Assembly (NCBI RefSeq): GCF_037042905.1 | Contig: NC_087247.1 | Location: 5,952,001-6,016,000, forward strand | Source of the DNA: Lytechinus pictus | Taxonomy: Eukaryota | DNA length: 64,000 nt | Direction: 5' to 3' | Shown here: positions 50,551-64,000 of the stretch, one piece after another | How positions within the stretch are numbered: the first letter of the stretch is position 1 | Layout of the letters: every line of letters starts with the position of its first letter | The notes under the pieces: model-generated | Databases searched by the model: none | Told to the model about the DNA's origin: nothing | The model's input: only the letters and a program-made list of their open reading frames with translations | Made by a program: the position numbers and the translations under genes

Positions 50551-53500
50551 ATACATGTAAGTTTGTAATATCTGAAAATGATAGTATGTGTTATGATAAA
50601 TGATTCAAGTTTGCATTTTAAATACCATAGGTCTAAGTCACATGGATTTTTTAACTTAAATAATAATAGTTGCTTTGCAAAGTCTCTCTTCAGGCTTATT
50701 TTTAACAGATTTTTAAAGAGGTAGCAATGAACAATTTGCTGTTTGTCCCTGTACAGTATGTAACATAACATATAATGATTAGTAGTGAATACAAGAATAT
50801 CAGGCTGCAATTCCTGGAAAAGGGACAAATTAATCTATGGCAGTAATATGCAGAAATTATCCATTACTTTATTCAAGGATAATGGTTAATGAATTACTGA
50901 TCTGTGAATGAATAATAAATGACTACCAATTCCACTTTACCATAATACAGTGTAATACGACTAGTATGGCTAGTTAGCAATCCACCCCTTGTCAACATGA
51001 GTGATTTTTATTTTCATGCAACAATTTAATACCATAGGCATTGGTTGATTTATTCATAATAACATTGAATCTGTTTTGAAGAACAGACTTATAAAGGTAT
51101 ATGAATAGGTAGATATGATGAATCTGCTTGTATCCCAAGAGTGCATTCAGTGCACTAGTGTTCCTCCCTTTGTGATTTGCAATGTACTGTAGTTTTGGTA
51201 GCTTGTTTCGAAAGTCACCAAAAGCACCATCTCAGTGGCCAAACGGTATTGTGCAGTGGAATTGAGAATTTTACCATCTATGTTAACTGATATTGTTTTC
51301 CTAATGATTAATGTACTTGCCATCCTAGATTATTATTTTCTTTAAAATTTACTTTGATTGGATTTTGATACTACTAAGTACAATATTAATTTTCCATTAT
51401 ACTAAACAAAAATGTGATTTTTTTTTTTTTTTTCAATAATACATGTATATGCATAGCAGTGAATATTATGGGGGAAAAAACTTTTAAGCTATCAAATGAT
51501 AATATTATTTCTAATGAAATAAATCTTGAAGAAGACTGTCATTATTAATACTATATTGCCTTAATAATGTAATTTCTTTAGAAAAATGGAAAGCCTTTGC
51601 TAAATTTTTGACCTAGAGCTGCACATTGTCACATCATTCACTATATTCAACAGCTTATAACACTAGTTAGTAACAAATTGGATACAGTACACATACTGCC
51701 TTGTTCTCTCATAGTTTTTGCAACTGGTGTAGAACTATTAGTCACCAGACAGAATGTAAATTTAACCCGCTTTCGAATATATCCATTACAACCTGTACAA
51801 TAGAGCAGTCAGTGATTCCATTGACAAAGATCAAATGCCAAATTTGTCAGTGAAATTAATATTTCTCCCGTTTTAGCAGAGTTCACTGTACAGGCCGAGA
51901 CCCATTCTTACGGTACTAATCTCTCCTAATGTACATTGGTAACATCTGTAGCCCATGCATTATTACAGGAAACTATCGACAACACTTAAAGAGTAACCCA
52001 TAGCAACTAAAATCGTACCCTGAGCAACTGCAACAGTGAACTGTTAATTCATACCCTCCAGGCCAGCGGGGCCAACTCTAACGTAAACACCTCACATTAA
52101 TGATAGACTTCGTTCCAACCTGTTACTCAATTTCTTCCCATTTGCTCCTTTAAAAGGCGAACTGTCGTCTCTGGTTTCATTCAAGTGCCACTTAGAGGAG
52201 GCTCCAGTCAGTGCCAAAATCCTCAAAATGTAATTTAGGAGCATGGGGCGATGGCAGCAATGATTCACCAGGACAGAAAGAATGTTCTTTTCACATTACT
52301 TCCATCACATTCTGGAGTCGGATATTTGTGATCTTTGCTTTTTTTTCTGAATAGGAAATTGATGTTCTTCAGCACTTACAATTACACTAGAAAAATGTGA
52401 ATGAAGCTGTGATATTATTAATTGGAGACTAGACTAGAAATGGCTGAATTTCCGCTCAATTGATGTATCATTGAGGCCCTCCTGGAATTGTTAAATGCAT
52501 ATTCATCAACATCTTGCTTTGAGATGTGTAATTCTATATTTATTTTGCTTCAAGTTCATAATGGTGAAAAGGAAATATGTGAAATTACTTTAATGTATTA
52601 AAATTCATTCATTGCAAATTAGTGAGAGTTGGATTATTGGCAATATAAAAATGGTATACACATGAAAAAATAGCACGCACATGAAAAAGAGCACAACTAC
52701 ATGTAGATACAAATACGTAAAAGAGGAGGAAAATTCATTATTACTGTATATTCACTGTATATAAATCTTGGTACAAAAATAGGAAAAAGATCAGCATGAG
52801 GCAATAAAGAAGGAACATACATGTAGAAAATTAAAGTAGAGGAAATATGAAGAAGAGGGGAGATGAGGAAGGAAAAAGAAGTACAGATAGAAAGGAAATA
52901 AATAAGGGGGTACCTGAAAGTGGGATAAACAAATAAAGAATATCTAAATCTGCATTGAATGAATTTGTATCTTATTCATATTTGATGTGAATTTGGCATA
53001 CTGGAAAATTTATCTTTCAATTAATTTTGCTCTTTTTACATGTTTTTAGAGAGAGTAGGGTTCTAGTACATGGCACTGAGAATTTGACATTTCCCACATG
53101 ATGTAGCGTTTAGCTGTCAGTTGAATGTCTTCTTATTGTCTTCTTGAATGTCCTTTTAGTTTAAGATACAGTGGATACTATGAATTCAGAACTACACTTT
53201 TGAAAACTGCTTGAAGTGCTATATCTAAAGTTCCAAGCTAGGCACGTAATGTGTAGTATAATAAAGTAATCAAAATTGTAATATAAATGGTTGGGGACAA
53301 ACGCAACATTGACTATGCAAAGCATGATTTCTTCAATTGTGTGCATGATCCTGTTTCAGAGTGAATATAACTACAATCTGCAATACGCTCATTCAATCTC
53401 CAAGATTGAACCCTTAGAAATTCTTGTTCTGCCAAGTCTGTAAACGAGTCTGTTATTAAAGCAAAGTATCCATGGTTTCCGCTTCTCCCTGTCTATTTGT

Positions 53501-54943
53501 ACAAAGCCAATTTGCGGGGCATTTAGCTTGGTAGTCAAACTCGGACTCTAAATTGATTGTGACATTTATTTATTTTCTCATTTGGCTGAAAGTCGGTGCA
53601 GCCAACTGACGAAAAGCAAGAGCTGGTAATGTATCGATAAATGGAATTCATTGGTCGGTCAAGGATACGTGACTGTGTACTCGCTGTACTGTATGCCTGT
53701 ATTGTTTGCAGGTCAATATCTACAGTTTTTGGTATTGTTTCTTTGTTGTTATTACTAATATTATGCTATAGATGTAGATTTATACTTTAAAGGGCTACTT
53801 TAGCCTTATTTTAATTGAATAAAAACATTCTTTTGAACAAAATAATCCTGGCTGACAATATTTTTGGAAATTGAAATCAGACTTGCTATAGGAAATAACA
53901 TGGTTATGGGATTATTTTGATAAAACAGTTATTGCATGGCAGTTATCTTGAAAATATGGGAGGGCTGAAGATTTTGCATTTTGATACATGATTTTTTTCC
54001 TTATCCCTGGAAACAAATGTAAATACACGTACAGCATTGATTACCTCCACACATTATGAAGTGCCAATCTTGTTTTGTAGAGCAGAAAAAAAATGTAATT
54101 CAAAAGAAAATGTGGGAACTACTTGTATGACCAGCTACAGTACAAAAAAAATGCTGTAAAAATATAAAATCGTTTTAATGATTTTTCCAGTGTTTTGCTG
54201 ATTTAATAGGCCTGCATAATTTATGTCAGTGTACCACATATTCTAGCAGTTGCCATTTACTGGATTCTGGTTCGTTGACAGTAATTTCTGTATGCATGAA
54301 GCCTTTCATATTTTATTCATGTATTCGAAAAACACTTAATGACAGGAGAACACTGCAGCTTTATTTGAAATTGTTTATTTGGATCTCTCCCACATTGTAG
54401 TAAATTATGAGAGATATACTCAGATATTCCATGAACCAAATCACAAGTCTTCTTGTACTGGCATCCTTGGTGTGTAGAGATATTTATTGTAATTGGATAC
54501 TTTTGCTATTGAATTGAAATCCTAATCAGTTTTGATGACCTTGCTGTTGTTGTTTATTTCAATTAGAAACAATTAGTATGACAGTCTTTTCGGACCTCAG
54601 AGATTGATTCGGACAAATCATAGTACTAGTGAATGAACTGAATACAGTGAATACAGTACAATTATTTCCACAGCTTTTTACATATTTCATGTTAGACGGG
54701 TATTGTCATTCTTTCATTGCTTGGCATCGTGAATGACGCACTTCACATGACAAGAAAGACGGTCATTGCCCTTGGCACAAACCATAATTCATCATAAGTT
54801 CATATAATCGGCTTTGATGTATGGTGCCCGACTAGTGACCATGCTTTCTTTGAATATTTTTCAATTGCAACATATTACTATTAACTATAATAGGATAATG
54901 ATAATGAATAACTCAAAATACTAATAAATAAACTTAATACAAT

Positions 54944-55193
54944 GGGTGATTTCAAGTCCGGTGTTGGCCTTGGTGTTGGTGTTAGTGTTGAAATTTGGAT
55001 TGCTTCCCCTTGCTCCAAAACTAATTCAGATTTTGGAAAACTTATCCAGATCACATGATTGACATCTCAACAACTAGTGAGTGACTTTTCGGGACCATCT
55101 TCATGTTATTTTTCACTATTTTTGGTGTTATAATCATGTAAAAATTCACCTAACACCAACACCAAAAGGTCAACACTGAACTTGAAATCACCC
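54944..55193. mobile_element. Harbinger-like MITE
   Basis: TIR GGGTGATTTCAAGT with a 3-bp AAT duplication. Confidence 0.8.
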
Positions 55194-57996
55194 AATGAGT
55201 ACATTTGCTCAATTGCAGCTGTGTACCCATAACCGGTCATAACAATTGCTCATGCGACAATTGTTCCGGGCTTTACTTTGTCTAAGATGTAGGGTTAGGA
55301 TTACAATAGGGTTTAGGGTTAGGTTTAGGGTAGGGTATAGTGTTAAAACCATGCAGAGTTGAAGTTGATCTATCAATTAGTGTGTGGAATTTAGAACAGA
55401 GCAATTGACTTACCGCCATACTTTCATTTTGGCATCATATTGAACGATTTCACATGACTGCCTGGTGGGGCATCATAATAAATCGGCAACAATGAAGATG
55501 GTCTTTGCCACTTAACTCAAACCATATTCACTATAATTATGTTCATATCTCATCAAGATCAATGCATCAAAACTCAGGTTAAATAGTCTGTGGTCAGCCA
55601 CTAGGGATGCATTCAACCTTGATGAACCCATTAATCACAATCAAAAGCTTCACTATTTTACCTGACTCTAACGTGTTAATCAAATCATCATCATGATTGG
55701 GGGGGGGGGGGTAGAGACAACATCAAATATATTCTTAATGGGTGCTCCAGACTGAAGTTGATTATGCGTTGAATAACTAGAGCACAGCAAGGACTGTTGT
55801 GTTGATTGGTGTATTGAGATGACTGCACCAGTCATTTTACTCTGGTGTTACATACAGGACCACATGTCATTTTACACCGGTGTTAAATTTTCAGGTTAAT
55901 TCAATACCTACATGTACGGGTGTTATCACAACACCTTTGGTTGTTTCATTTACACTGTTTGGTGTTCAATCTCTAGGGTGTAATTTTAACACCTCTGTGC
56001 ATGGTCCTCTAAAAACACCTAGGTGTCAGTTTAAACACCCAAGTTTTTAGAGTTATTATTTAATGCAAAGCACTGGAAAATCATAAAGTTGGATGAAGAG
56101 TAACAAAGGAATGGAATTATTCAGTCAATTAAACAAAAAAAACTCAATATCTTGCATCAATTTTTAAGAAACTTTTAATGTTTTGTTTTTTTAATTTCTT
56201 TTCATATAGATTTCAAGCTGGAGTATAGGTCCTGTTGTATAGGTCTAGAATATGATTATGCGTATGGGTAACCAAATGCAACACAACAAAAATAGCTGTA
56301 ATACGTGTAGTAGATGATCAATGGATTATGATTTGTATTCACTTCAGAGTATTCAAAATGAAAATATCTCTGAAGAATTAAACTTGCAAAACAGTCCTCA
56401 ATATCAAGAACAGACGATATTGTATTTTCTCAAAATCATTTTCATAAAAAACCCTTTGACAGAAATGCCAAGGAGAGTCAGTGCTGAATGGTGACCATTA
56501 ATTCCATCAGGTCCCTGGAGAATGAACTGCCCTCTGTCCCCTCCCAAGATTTCAGAGAAAAAAATACTTCTTTCGGAAAAAAAAACATGTCACANNNNNN
56601 NNNNNNNNNNNNNNNNNNNNNNNNNNNNNNNNNNNNNNNNNNNNNNNNNNNNNNNNNNNNNNNNNNNNNNNNNNNNNNNNNNNNNNNNNNNNNNNNNNNN
56701 NNNNNNNNNNNNNNNNNNNNNNNNNNNNNNNNNNNNTAAATAAAAATATTTGATTCTCCAGTGACTGACGTTTCTTTTAAGTTCACTCTTCTGCCATTCT
56801 TACTCCAGCGATAACCACTTTGTTCATATCCACTTTAGATTCATAGATGAATAGAACGTGGTGAGAGCATTGGTTTGGGTGAAATTGTGTGGTGCGGGGA
56901 TGCGGCCATGCATGATGATCCAATTCATCCTTGTTCACATTCAGAAGCTTCCTTCCCTTGTACATGTATTGTATGTGTACAGGCGGTAATGGATAATAAT
57001 AAGCAGTTCTTAGAGACACATAATACCATATAAGATGCGTCTGAACAAAGATGATACTACATGTATTACCTTGAGTACATGTGCGTTGATATGCCAGAAT
57101 TTCCAAGTGGCCCATTTCACCTATTTGTTGATATTGTAAAAATGAAAATGGGCTAAAGTCAGAATGATATTAATTTGTGGCAATCTTACCAGGTAGAAAA
57201 AACGTATTGGAATGAATTCACAGGGTAGCCTCAATCCCTCCCCCTGCCCCCCCCCCCCTCCCCCACACACACACATTAACTCTCTCTCTCTCTCATTATC
57301 TCTCCCCTTTGCATTTTTCTTTAATTTTTTTATTCCACGCCATCATTAAGGCTTTGCATATATCAAAGGGGGAATTCAATTAGAATTCTTTATTTTCACT
57401 CATTAACTCTCGTTTTATAATGTATTTCCATGCCTGTCAATGAGTGCTATTCACTTATTCAAGTCACATGATATGAATCTTTCTCAAAATAAAGTACATG
57501 TAAGTATTTTGATTACCAGAAAATGGATTTGAGAAGTGAGATTTCTATTTTTTTAATGTAATATGGGCTTGTGGTATTCCATGATCATCATTCTATTACA
57601 TATTGTATTTTCTGCACATGCATGTAATTGCAAAGATTCTGAACTTATATTTCCAACCTTCTGTACTTAAAACTTAGAAATAGTGGACTTCTCCTTAAGC
57701 ACATCTCTTTCTGCAGGCAGTAGTACTTTGCCTGCGAAAAAGTCAAACCCCAATGATTAATGACTGCCATTTTGTTAAGTACCCTCTTAAACGTTACAGT
57801 ACGTGCATGAAATCTCATTTTATATCATGCTCACTTAAAGTCAACATTGACTCTGTCTTCCACTCTACAGCACATGGCTTATACTCTATAGATTTCACAG
57901 ATGGGACGTAATTAAGAATAAGATACAGAAGATGCCTCGATCCATTGGTCAATTACAGTGATTATAAGCTCATTAATTATGCATGACACCTTCAAT

Positions 57997-58260
57997 GGGC
58001 CCCGTCTTACAAAGAGTTACGATTGATCGAATCAACTACAACTATGGATAGCCAGCAACGTCAACTTCTAAAATACACATGTTTGTTCAAAATATTTTCT
58101 AGATATGATGTATATTCATACATGAACTGTTTTCTTGACAATTCAGTACCGGTACATGTATGCTTCTCTTTGTTTTCAAGGACATTTTGCAAATATCCTG
58201 TAGAAAAAATTATGACGCTGATTGATTGAATCAATCGTAACTCTTTGTAAGACGGGGCCC
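57997..58260. mobile_element. Harbinger-like MITE
   Basis: TIR GGGCCCCGTCTTACAAAGAGTTACGATTGAT. Confidence 0.85.
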
Positions 58261-59278
58261 AGGTTCTGCGTTGAAATATTAGTGTTTGTGTTTGGGCTGG
58301 TTTTTACATCAGCAGAGTACCGCTACCAATTTTGAAATTAAGTTGGTCCCAGGATGAATCTCACTAGGTGTTGAACTAAAAATAGTGTGATTTAAATTCG
58401 TTTTGTAAACTCAGATTAGGTGTTTGAGCTACATACAGGGAGGCATTTTAACTTTTGCCTCTATAACCAAATCTGAACTTAAAATCATACAGTGGAAGAG
58501 CCTATGAGCAATAGCCATACCTGTAGAATAGATGCCTAAATGGAGACAGACTGCTCCAAATACATTAATTGTAAAAATGTTATCAAAAAAATATTATCAA
58601 GAAATATATATATTATTTAATAAAATATTAAAAATATTATTAAATTACAATGTTCTTTCTTTAGCTCATTATGAACTCTTATGTATTCTGCTTCAGGAAT
58701 TATATTGATGATGATAATAATAATAATAGTAATGATAATAATAATAATAATACTATAGCAGTCAATGTTTCTATAAAGAGCTGCATATTATTACCTCTAC
58801 TTTAGCATGGCAGAGTTAAATTATCCATCATTTTCTAATTTAAAAAAAATATTATGTTGATGATTAATCTTTTATGATTAAGCTATACATTTGTCCAATT
58901 ACATGTATCAGTCACAGAGTGAACCCAGCATACAGCACACATACATGTACATGTACACGTGTGTAGAATCCTTGTCAATGTAATTATCTGATAACAATGG
59001 AAAATCACCTTTTCATGGGGGTTTCAATGAAAGCTTAATATCTGGGGCCCTGTTGCTTCTCTGTGGAATCCTTAATTATGAATGGCCGCTGAGCATTGTT
59101 ACCATGGAAGTAACTAATAAGCAATGATCAAATTAATGTAATAGTCATTTTTATGAATTGTTACTTCGAGATGTTACTAGCTGCATAATTTTTAGCCCAT
59201 TTGTTGTTCAATATCTATTCTGTTTTAGTGCTTGTGTTCTTGAGTTGATACCAAGTCTTATAGTACTGCTAATTCCTG

Positions 59279-59594
59279 GGGAGCGTTTCATCAACATTTT
59301 TGTCCGACAAGTTGTCAGATCTGACATCTTTCCTTGATTCTGATTGGCCGAGAGCCACTGTTACTATGGTAACTGTCGGATAAAACAGGGGAGTGTTTCA
59401 TCAACATTTTCATCCGACAAGTTGTCAGATCTGACATCTTTCTCTGATGTTGATTGGCTGAGAGGTACTGTTACTATGGTAACTGTCGGATAAAATGGGA
59501 CTTGTCGGATAAAACGTCCGACAAGTCCTTTCATGAAACGCCCCCCAGGACTTATCGGATAAAACGTCTGACAAGTCCTTCATGAAACACTCCC
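59279..59594. mobile_element. Harbinger-like MITE containing a same-family copy (59389-59545)
   Basis: The outer copy is flanked by CTG/CAG and the inner copy by CAG/CAG. Both have GGGAG(C/T)GTTTCAT ends. Confidence 0.85.
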
Positions 59595-59696
59595 CAGGGC
59601 TCAAGTCCAGCCCCAGTATACACAGTAGAGCTGAAAGCTATATGCAATCAGCATCATTATACTTGATCACAACAGATGTCCTGAAGAAGTATATAA

Positions 59697-60147
59697 GACA
59701 CCGTTCTCATTATACTTTTTAAAACTAATTTCTTGGAAACCGGTTCAGGAAACCAGTTTGGAAGATCAATTTGCTAGCGTTCCCATGTGATCAGCTGAAA
59801 GAGGTTTTCAAAACCACTTCAGATAAAGTGATCTTGTTGCTATGGAAATGCTCTCAGTGGGGGTGACCTGTTTCGCGCAAAATTCAAAACCGCCGCATAG
59901 ATGTTCTACACACAGTTTGTGGAGTAGCGCGCTCAAAATGTGCGAAGATCGCTTCCTGAAGAACGGGTGTGTCCTCACGTACGCTAAAAACCAGTTTAAC
60001 AAGGCAAAGTGATCTTGAAAACTTCAATGCAAGGTAGCTTTCCGAACTGGTTTGGAAGATTGCTTCCAAGATCGCTTTGACCGTTCTTATCACAAGTTAA
60101 ACTAGTTTCCAGTAAATTAGTTTTAGGGCGGTAATGAGAACGGAGTC
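59697..60147. mobile_element. PIF/Harbinger-like MITE
   Basis: TIR GAC(A/T)CCGTTCTCATTA with a TAA TSD. Confidence 0.82.
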
Positions 60148-61673
60148 TAAGTGTATGTTGGGAGTTAGGGAGGAGGTCCATTGACTCTTTCTCTTGAGCA
60201 TTAGTCTTGAGAACCTTTCAGAAATATAATCTGAATTGCTATTTGGTCTGTCATGATGAGTATATAGAGCGTGACTGACCTGGGATTTGTACTCATCTAG
60301 CCTAATGAAATTCTTTGAAAGTTATTAGCACCAAAGTTAGTATAGCCTCATGAAATGACACTAATATCAAGCCATGTGTGCACTTCATATTACATTTGTT
60401 ATTGCCTGATTGTTGAACACTGCTGTCCTAGATGATTGTGACCAATGATGATTGACAGAATAAGGTAGCCACTGAGCTGCTGAGGCTTCTCATTTCACTA
60501 TCTTCATCTTGTCTTCCATGGGATATGTTTGCCTTGGTTTTTTTCTGCTTTCAAGGCAAACTTTTTCTTTAACTACAAATTGCAGTTTATTTTTTTTCCA
60601 TCGTCGTTTAGATTTACATACATGTATAATGTTTGTTCTGATTGCCTTTTGATATTGCAGGTAATTAGGGAATAAGATATGTTGAAATTAAACAAGTTTG
60701 CTTTTGATAGAATGAGAGGTATATATACTGTATCTCTTCCTAGTATATTCTCATACCTGAGAGTTAAGATGAAATGGAATTCATTATTAAACATACGGTA
60801 ATCAGGGTTTGAGATACAACGTGCCTTGAGGGTCTCTTTAAGTTTAAAAAGTCAATTAGTCAATAAGTTGTCAATTGGGCACTGTATATTAAGAGAGTTA
60901 TGCATGTAGCACTTTAGTCTGTGAAAGCCTTCGAATCTAAATACCATAAGACATCACACTTTTGTATTCTAAATCAAATTTTGATTATTTCTTTTAACAT
61001 AGATCTGTCTTGTAGCAGCTTTTAAACCAATCACCACAATTTGGTACGGGTATATTCATGCGCAATACACACTGGCATAGCATATGTTATTGTGCAACCT
61101 ATCTGTATTGATATCATCATAATAAGGTGGCGATCATGAAACCAAAGAAAGAAGAATGAACTTAGAAAGTGCACACCTGAACCGCAAATTCCGTATACCC
61201 AGTAATGTAAAGAACATTGATTCGATTAGAGCTGGGAGCCTCTCCCGAGCCAGACATGGGGTATTTTCGCTCGGTGACTACAATCTGATTAACACGTGCT
61301 GCATGTGCTTGTAGAAATCGATGAAGCTCATGTCAAAAGTTGTTTCATCTGCTTGGATGAAAGGCACTAAATGGAGTACCAGTGCATGGGTGCAGTCAGC
61401 AATTTCTTGAACAACACACTTGACAAGTATTTGAAAAGTATGTATTTATTTCTTTATTAATACCTGCATGGACAATAACAACTAGCTTTGTCCAAAAGTG
61501 CTAAAACTTTAAAAATTAAAATACTTTTAATGTGCATTGTATACCATTGCTCAAAAATTTCCAGTATTATATATGTAATGAACACTCAGTCGATAGATCT
61601 AAAGACTACAACCTTTCTTGCAGGGCAGGAGGTGGGTGCTTTTGGTGATTAATATATTAAGGACAATATAAGG

Positions 61674-62626
61674 TTTTTGTCTCACCTGCATAGCAGAGTG
61701 AGACTATAGGCGCCGCTTTTCCGACGGCGGCGGCGGCGGCGTCAACACCAAATCTTAACCTGAGGTTAAGTTTTTGAAATGACAGCATAACTTAGAAAGT
61801 ATATGGACCTAGTTCATGAAACTTGGCCACAAGGTTAATCAAGTATTACTGAACATCCTGCCTGAGTTTCATGTCACATGACCAAGGTCAAAGGTCATTT
61901 AGGGTCAATGAACTTAGACCATGTTGGGGGAATCAACATCAAAATCTTAACCTAAGGTTAAGTTTTTGAAATGTCATCATAACTTAGAAAATATATGGAC
62001 CTAGTTCATGAAACTTAAACATAAGGTTAATCAAGTATCACTGAACATCCTGCATGAGTTTCACGTCACATGACCAAGGTCAAAGGTCATTTAGGGTCAA
62101 TGAACTTTGGCCAAATTGGGGGTATCTGTTGAATTACCATCATAACTTTGAAAGTTTATGGATCTGATTCATGAAACTTGGACATAATAGTAATCAAGTA
62201 TTACTGAACATCCTGTGCAAGTTTCAGGTCACATGATCAAGGTCAAAGGTCATTTAGGGTCAATGAACTTTGGCCAAATTGGGGTATTTGTTGAATTACA
62301 GCCATAAATTTGAAAGTGTGTTGGTCTAGTTCATAAAACTTGGACATAAGAGTAATCAAGTATCACTGAACATCCTGTGCGAGTTTCAGGTCACATGATC
62401 AAGGTCAAAGGTCATGTAAGGTCAAAGAACTTTGGCCACGTTGGGGGTATTTGTTGAATTGCCATCATATCTCTTTAAGTGTATTGGTCTAGTTCATAAA
62501 ACGTGGAAATAAGAGTAACCAAGTATCACTGAACATCTTGTGCGAGTTATAGTAGTTTTCAAAATCAGCACTGCTGCTATATTGAATCGCGTGATGCAGG
62601 TGAGACGGCCAGAGGCATTCCACTTG
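61674..62626 (+). mobile_element. Helentron/HINE-like non-autonomous element with an internal tandem array of about 163 bp
   Basis: Subterminal inverted GTCTCACCTGCAT (61679 and 62595), a 5' stem GTCTCAC...GTGAGAC, T-rich junctions, and about 5 repeat units (61806, 61997, 62160, 62323, 62486). Confidence 0.7.
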
Positions 62627-64000
62627 TTTCATGTTTTGTTCTAATAGGATCCATGTTTTTTATGAGCATTTTGGTTGACATTTAAACAGGATTGGGTCTT
62701 GGGGTAATATCTCTTCATAGGTTTCAGCCTGTTAACAGTTGTCAATATTGAATATAAATGTAGAGACAATATTATTTTATTTCCCATTGAAAACATGAGT
62801 CACTCTGTCTACATTGAAATCTAAAATTGAATCAATATCAGCCAAAAGAAAAACTCAATTTATTAAAGAATTTTGAAAACAGCCAAGCTCTAAACTCATT
62901 TGCGATTTCCAAAATAATGGGCGAAACATATAGTGGCCAGGTAATATGAGGCAGCTCATAAAAGCATACAGCAAACCATCTACCATGCAATATTCCTCTG
63001 GACTATAAAACAATATGCCTACTTTCTGATTTCTTAAAGTTCAAGGAGATTTTTTATGGGGTAATTGGGGTTTATGGTGTAGCATTGGAGTGGGATGATG
63101 CTTTTAAAGTAATGAATATTGCCCTCTGTATAGCAGGAATGTCCTTGGAAATCTTGAGAGGATGACGTATGTTTCATCTCCGACTATATGTGGAGGTGGC
63201 TGCTTGTATGTTTGTGAAGAAAAATGAAACTTGCTTCAAAGCAAATTTGCTTTTCATGACTAAAAAAAGTAACAATTGAATTTGATGTCTAATAAAAATG
63301 TTTAAATGTTTGTTCTAACCATGCATTCACAATTTCACATACTCTTATATCAAGGAGATTCTATTTTTAAAAATCTCCTTGCCCTTGATGTCAACTGTTG
63401 TTAAAAGCTACCTAGAGATATTTTGTAGGGAATAGTCTTAAGGGCTTTTACAAAGCTTTTTTTCCATAGCATTTACCAATTTTTGAAAACTTTCAGATGT
63501 TATATTTTGTGGAATATTACCTCAGAACAGGATTGTGTACATAGTTTGATATATAATTTTTGGCATTTTGCATTTGACAGAAAGGGACAAAATTATTGTT
63601 TTCTATTGATAAGCATGATAAAATCTCTTTATTTATACAGTAGCCTATACAACAGTTCACAACAGCGATGATTATTATTGAAACAGACATTTAGTATTAT
63701 GTTTAACCTTTTAGGTAAACCAGTCATATTTAATGAATACGACGATGGTAAAAATATTTGTTAAAAATTATGAGAAAAATGAGTGTCATGTACATAGCAC
63801 ATTATTAAATCCCCCCCCCTTCGTTTTAACACATCCCTAACACTGTTGCATCCACTGGTAAGATCTTTGGATGTTTCATGTGAGCTTCATGATTGTAATT
63901 AATTAGTGAATATGAAGCCTTGATCAAGGTGATTATTACACATCGGGTCACAAATAACAAATGAAGCATCCATGTGTAACATATTGGTTTGCTTTGTTTA

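Noticed and set aside
55290-55340. Telomere-like TTAGGG repeats
   Set aside because: Short and degenerate, and internal to a small inverted-repeat element (about 55234-55415). Not a telomere array.
9360-56786. ORFs running through N gaps (near 9.5, 16.3, 50.0 and 56.6 kb)
   Set aside because: Artefacts of undetermined bases.
63351-63381. CAAGGAGATT...AATCTCCTTG hairpin as a transposon footprint
   Set aside because: No flanking target-site duplication.

Overview
AT-rich, repeat-dense eukaryotic DNA with GT-AG introns and four N gaps. The repeat types look marine-invertebrate, probably sea urchin (inference). Host genes: PUS7L (+, 7 coding exons, 29107-35639, about 877 aa) and BRK1/BRICK1 (-, 3 exons, 48513-40949, 77 aa). 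There is also a probable non-coding first exon of a gene divergent from BRK1, followed by about 14 kb of intron-like DNA. The left end holds a CR1-type LINE inserted into a decayed, intron-containing pogo/Fot-like transposase gene. The main discovery is a 19,164-bp Merlin (IS1595/IS1016-like) DNA transposon at 7341-26504 with an exact 8-bp TSD (TAAAAGAC) and terminal inverted repeats of about 2 kb. At its centre is a second palindrome carrying two identical, intact, head-to-head 455-aa transposase ORFs, each with an octamer/CCAAT/TATA promoter. This element and a 1.6-kb non-autonomous relative (5729-7321, TSD CAAATTTG) are inserted 11 bp apart in a 109-bp perfect-hairpin mini-element (9-bp TSD CTAGTAAGT), which can be reconstructed exactly. 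Many other MITEs have readable TSDs. All comparisons were made by eye; no alignments or database searches were run.
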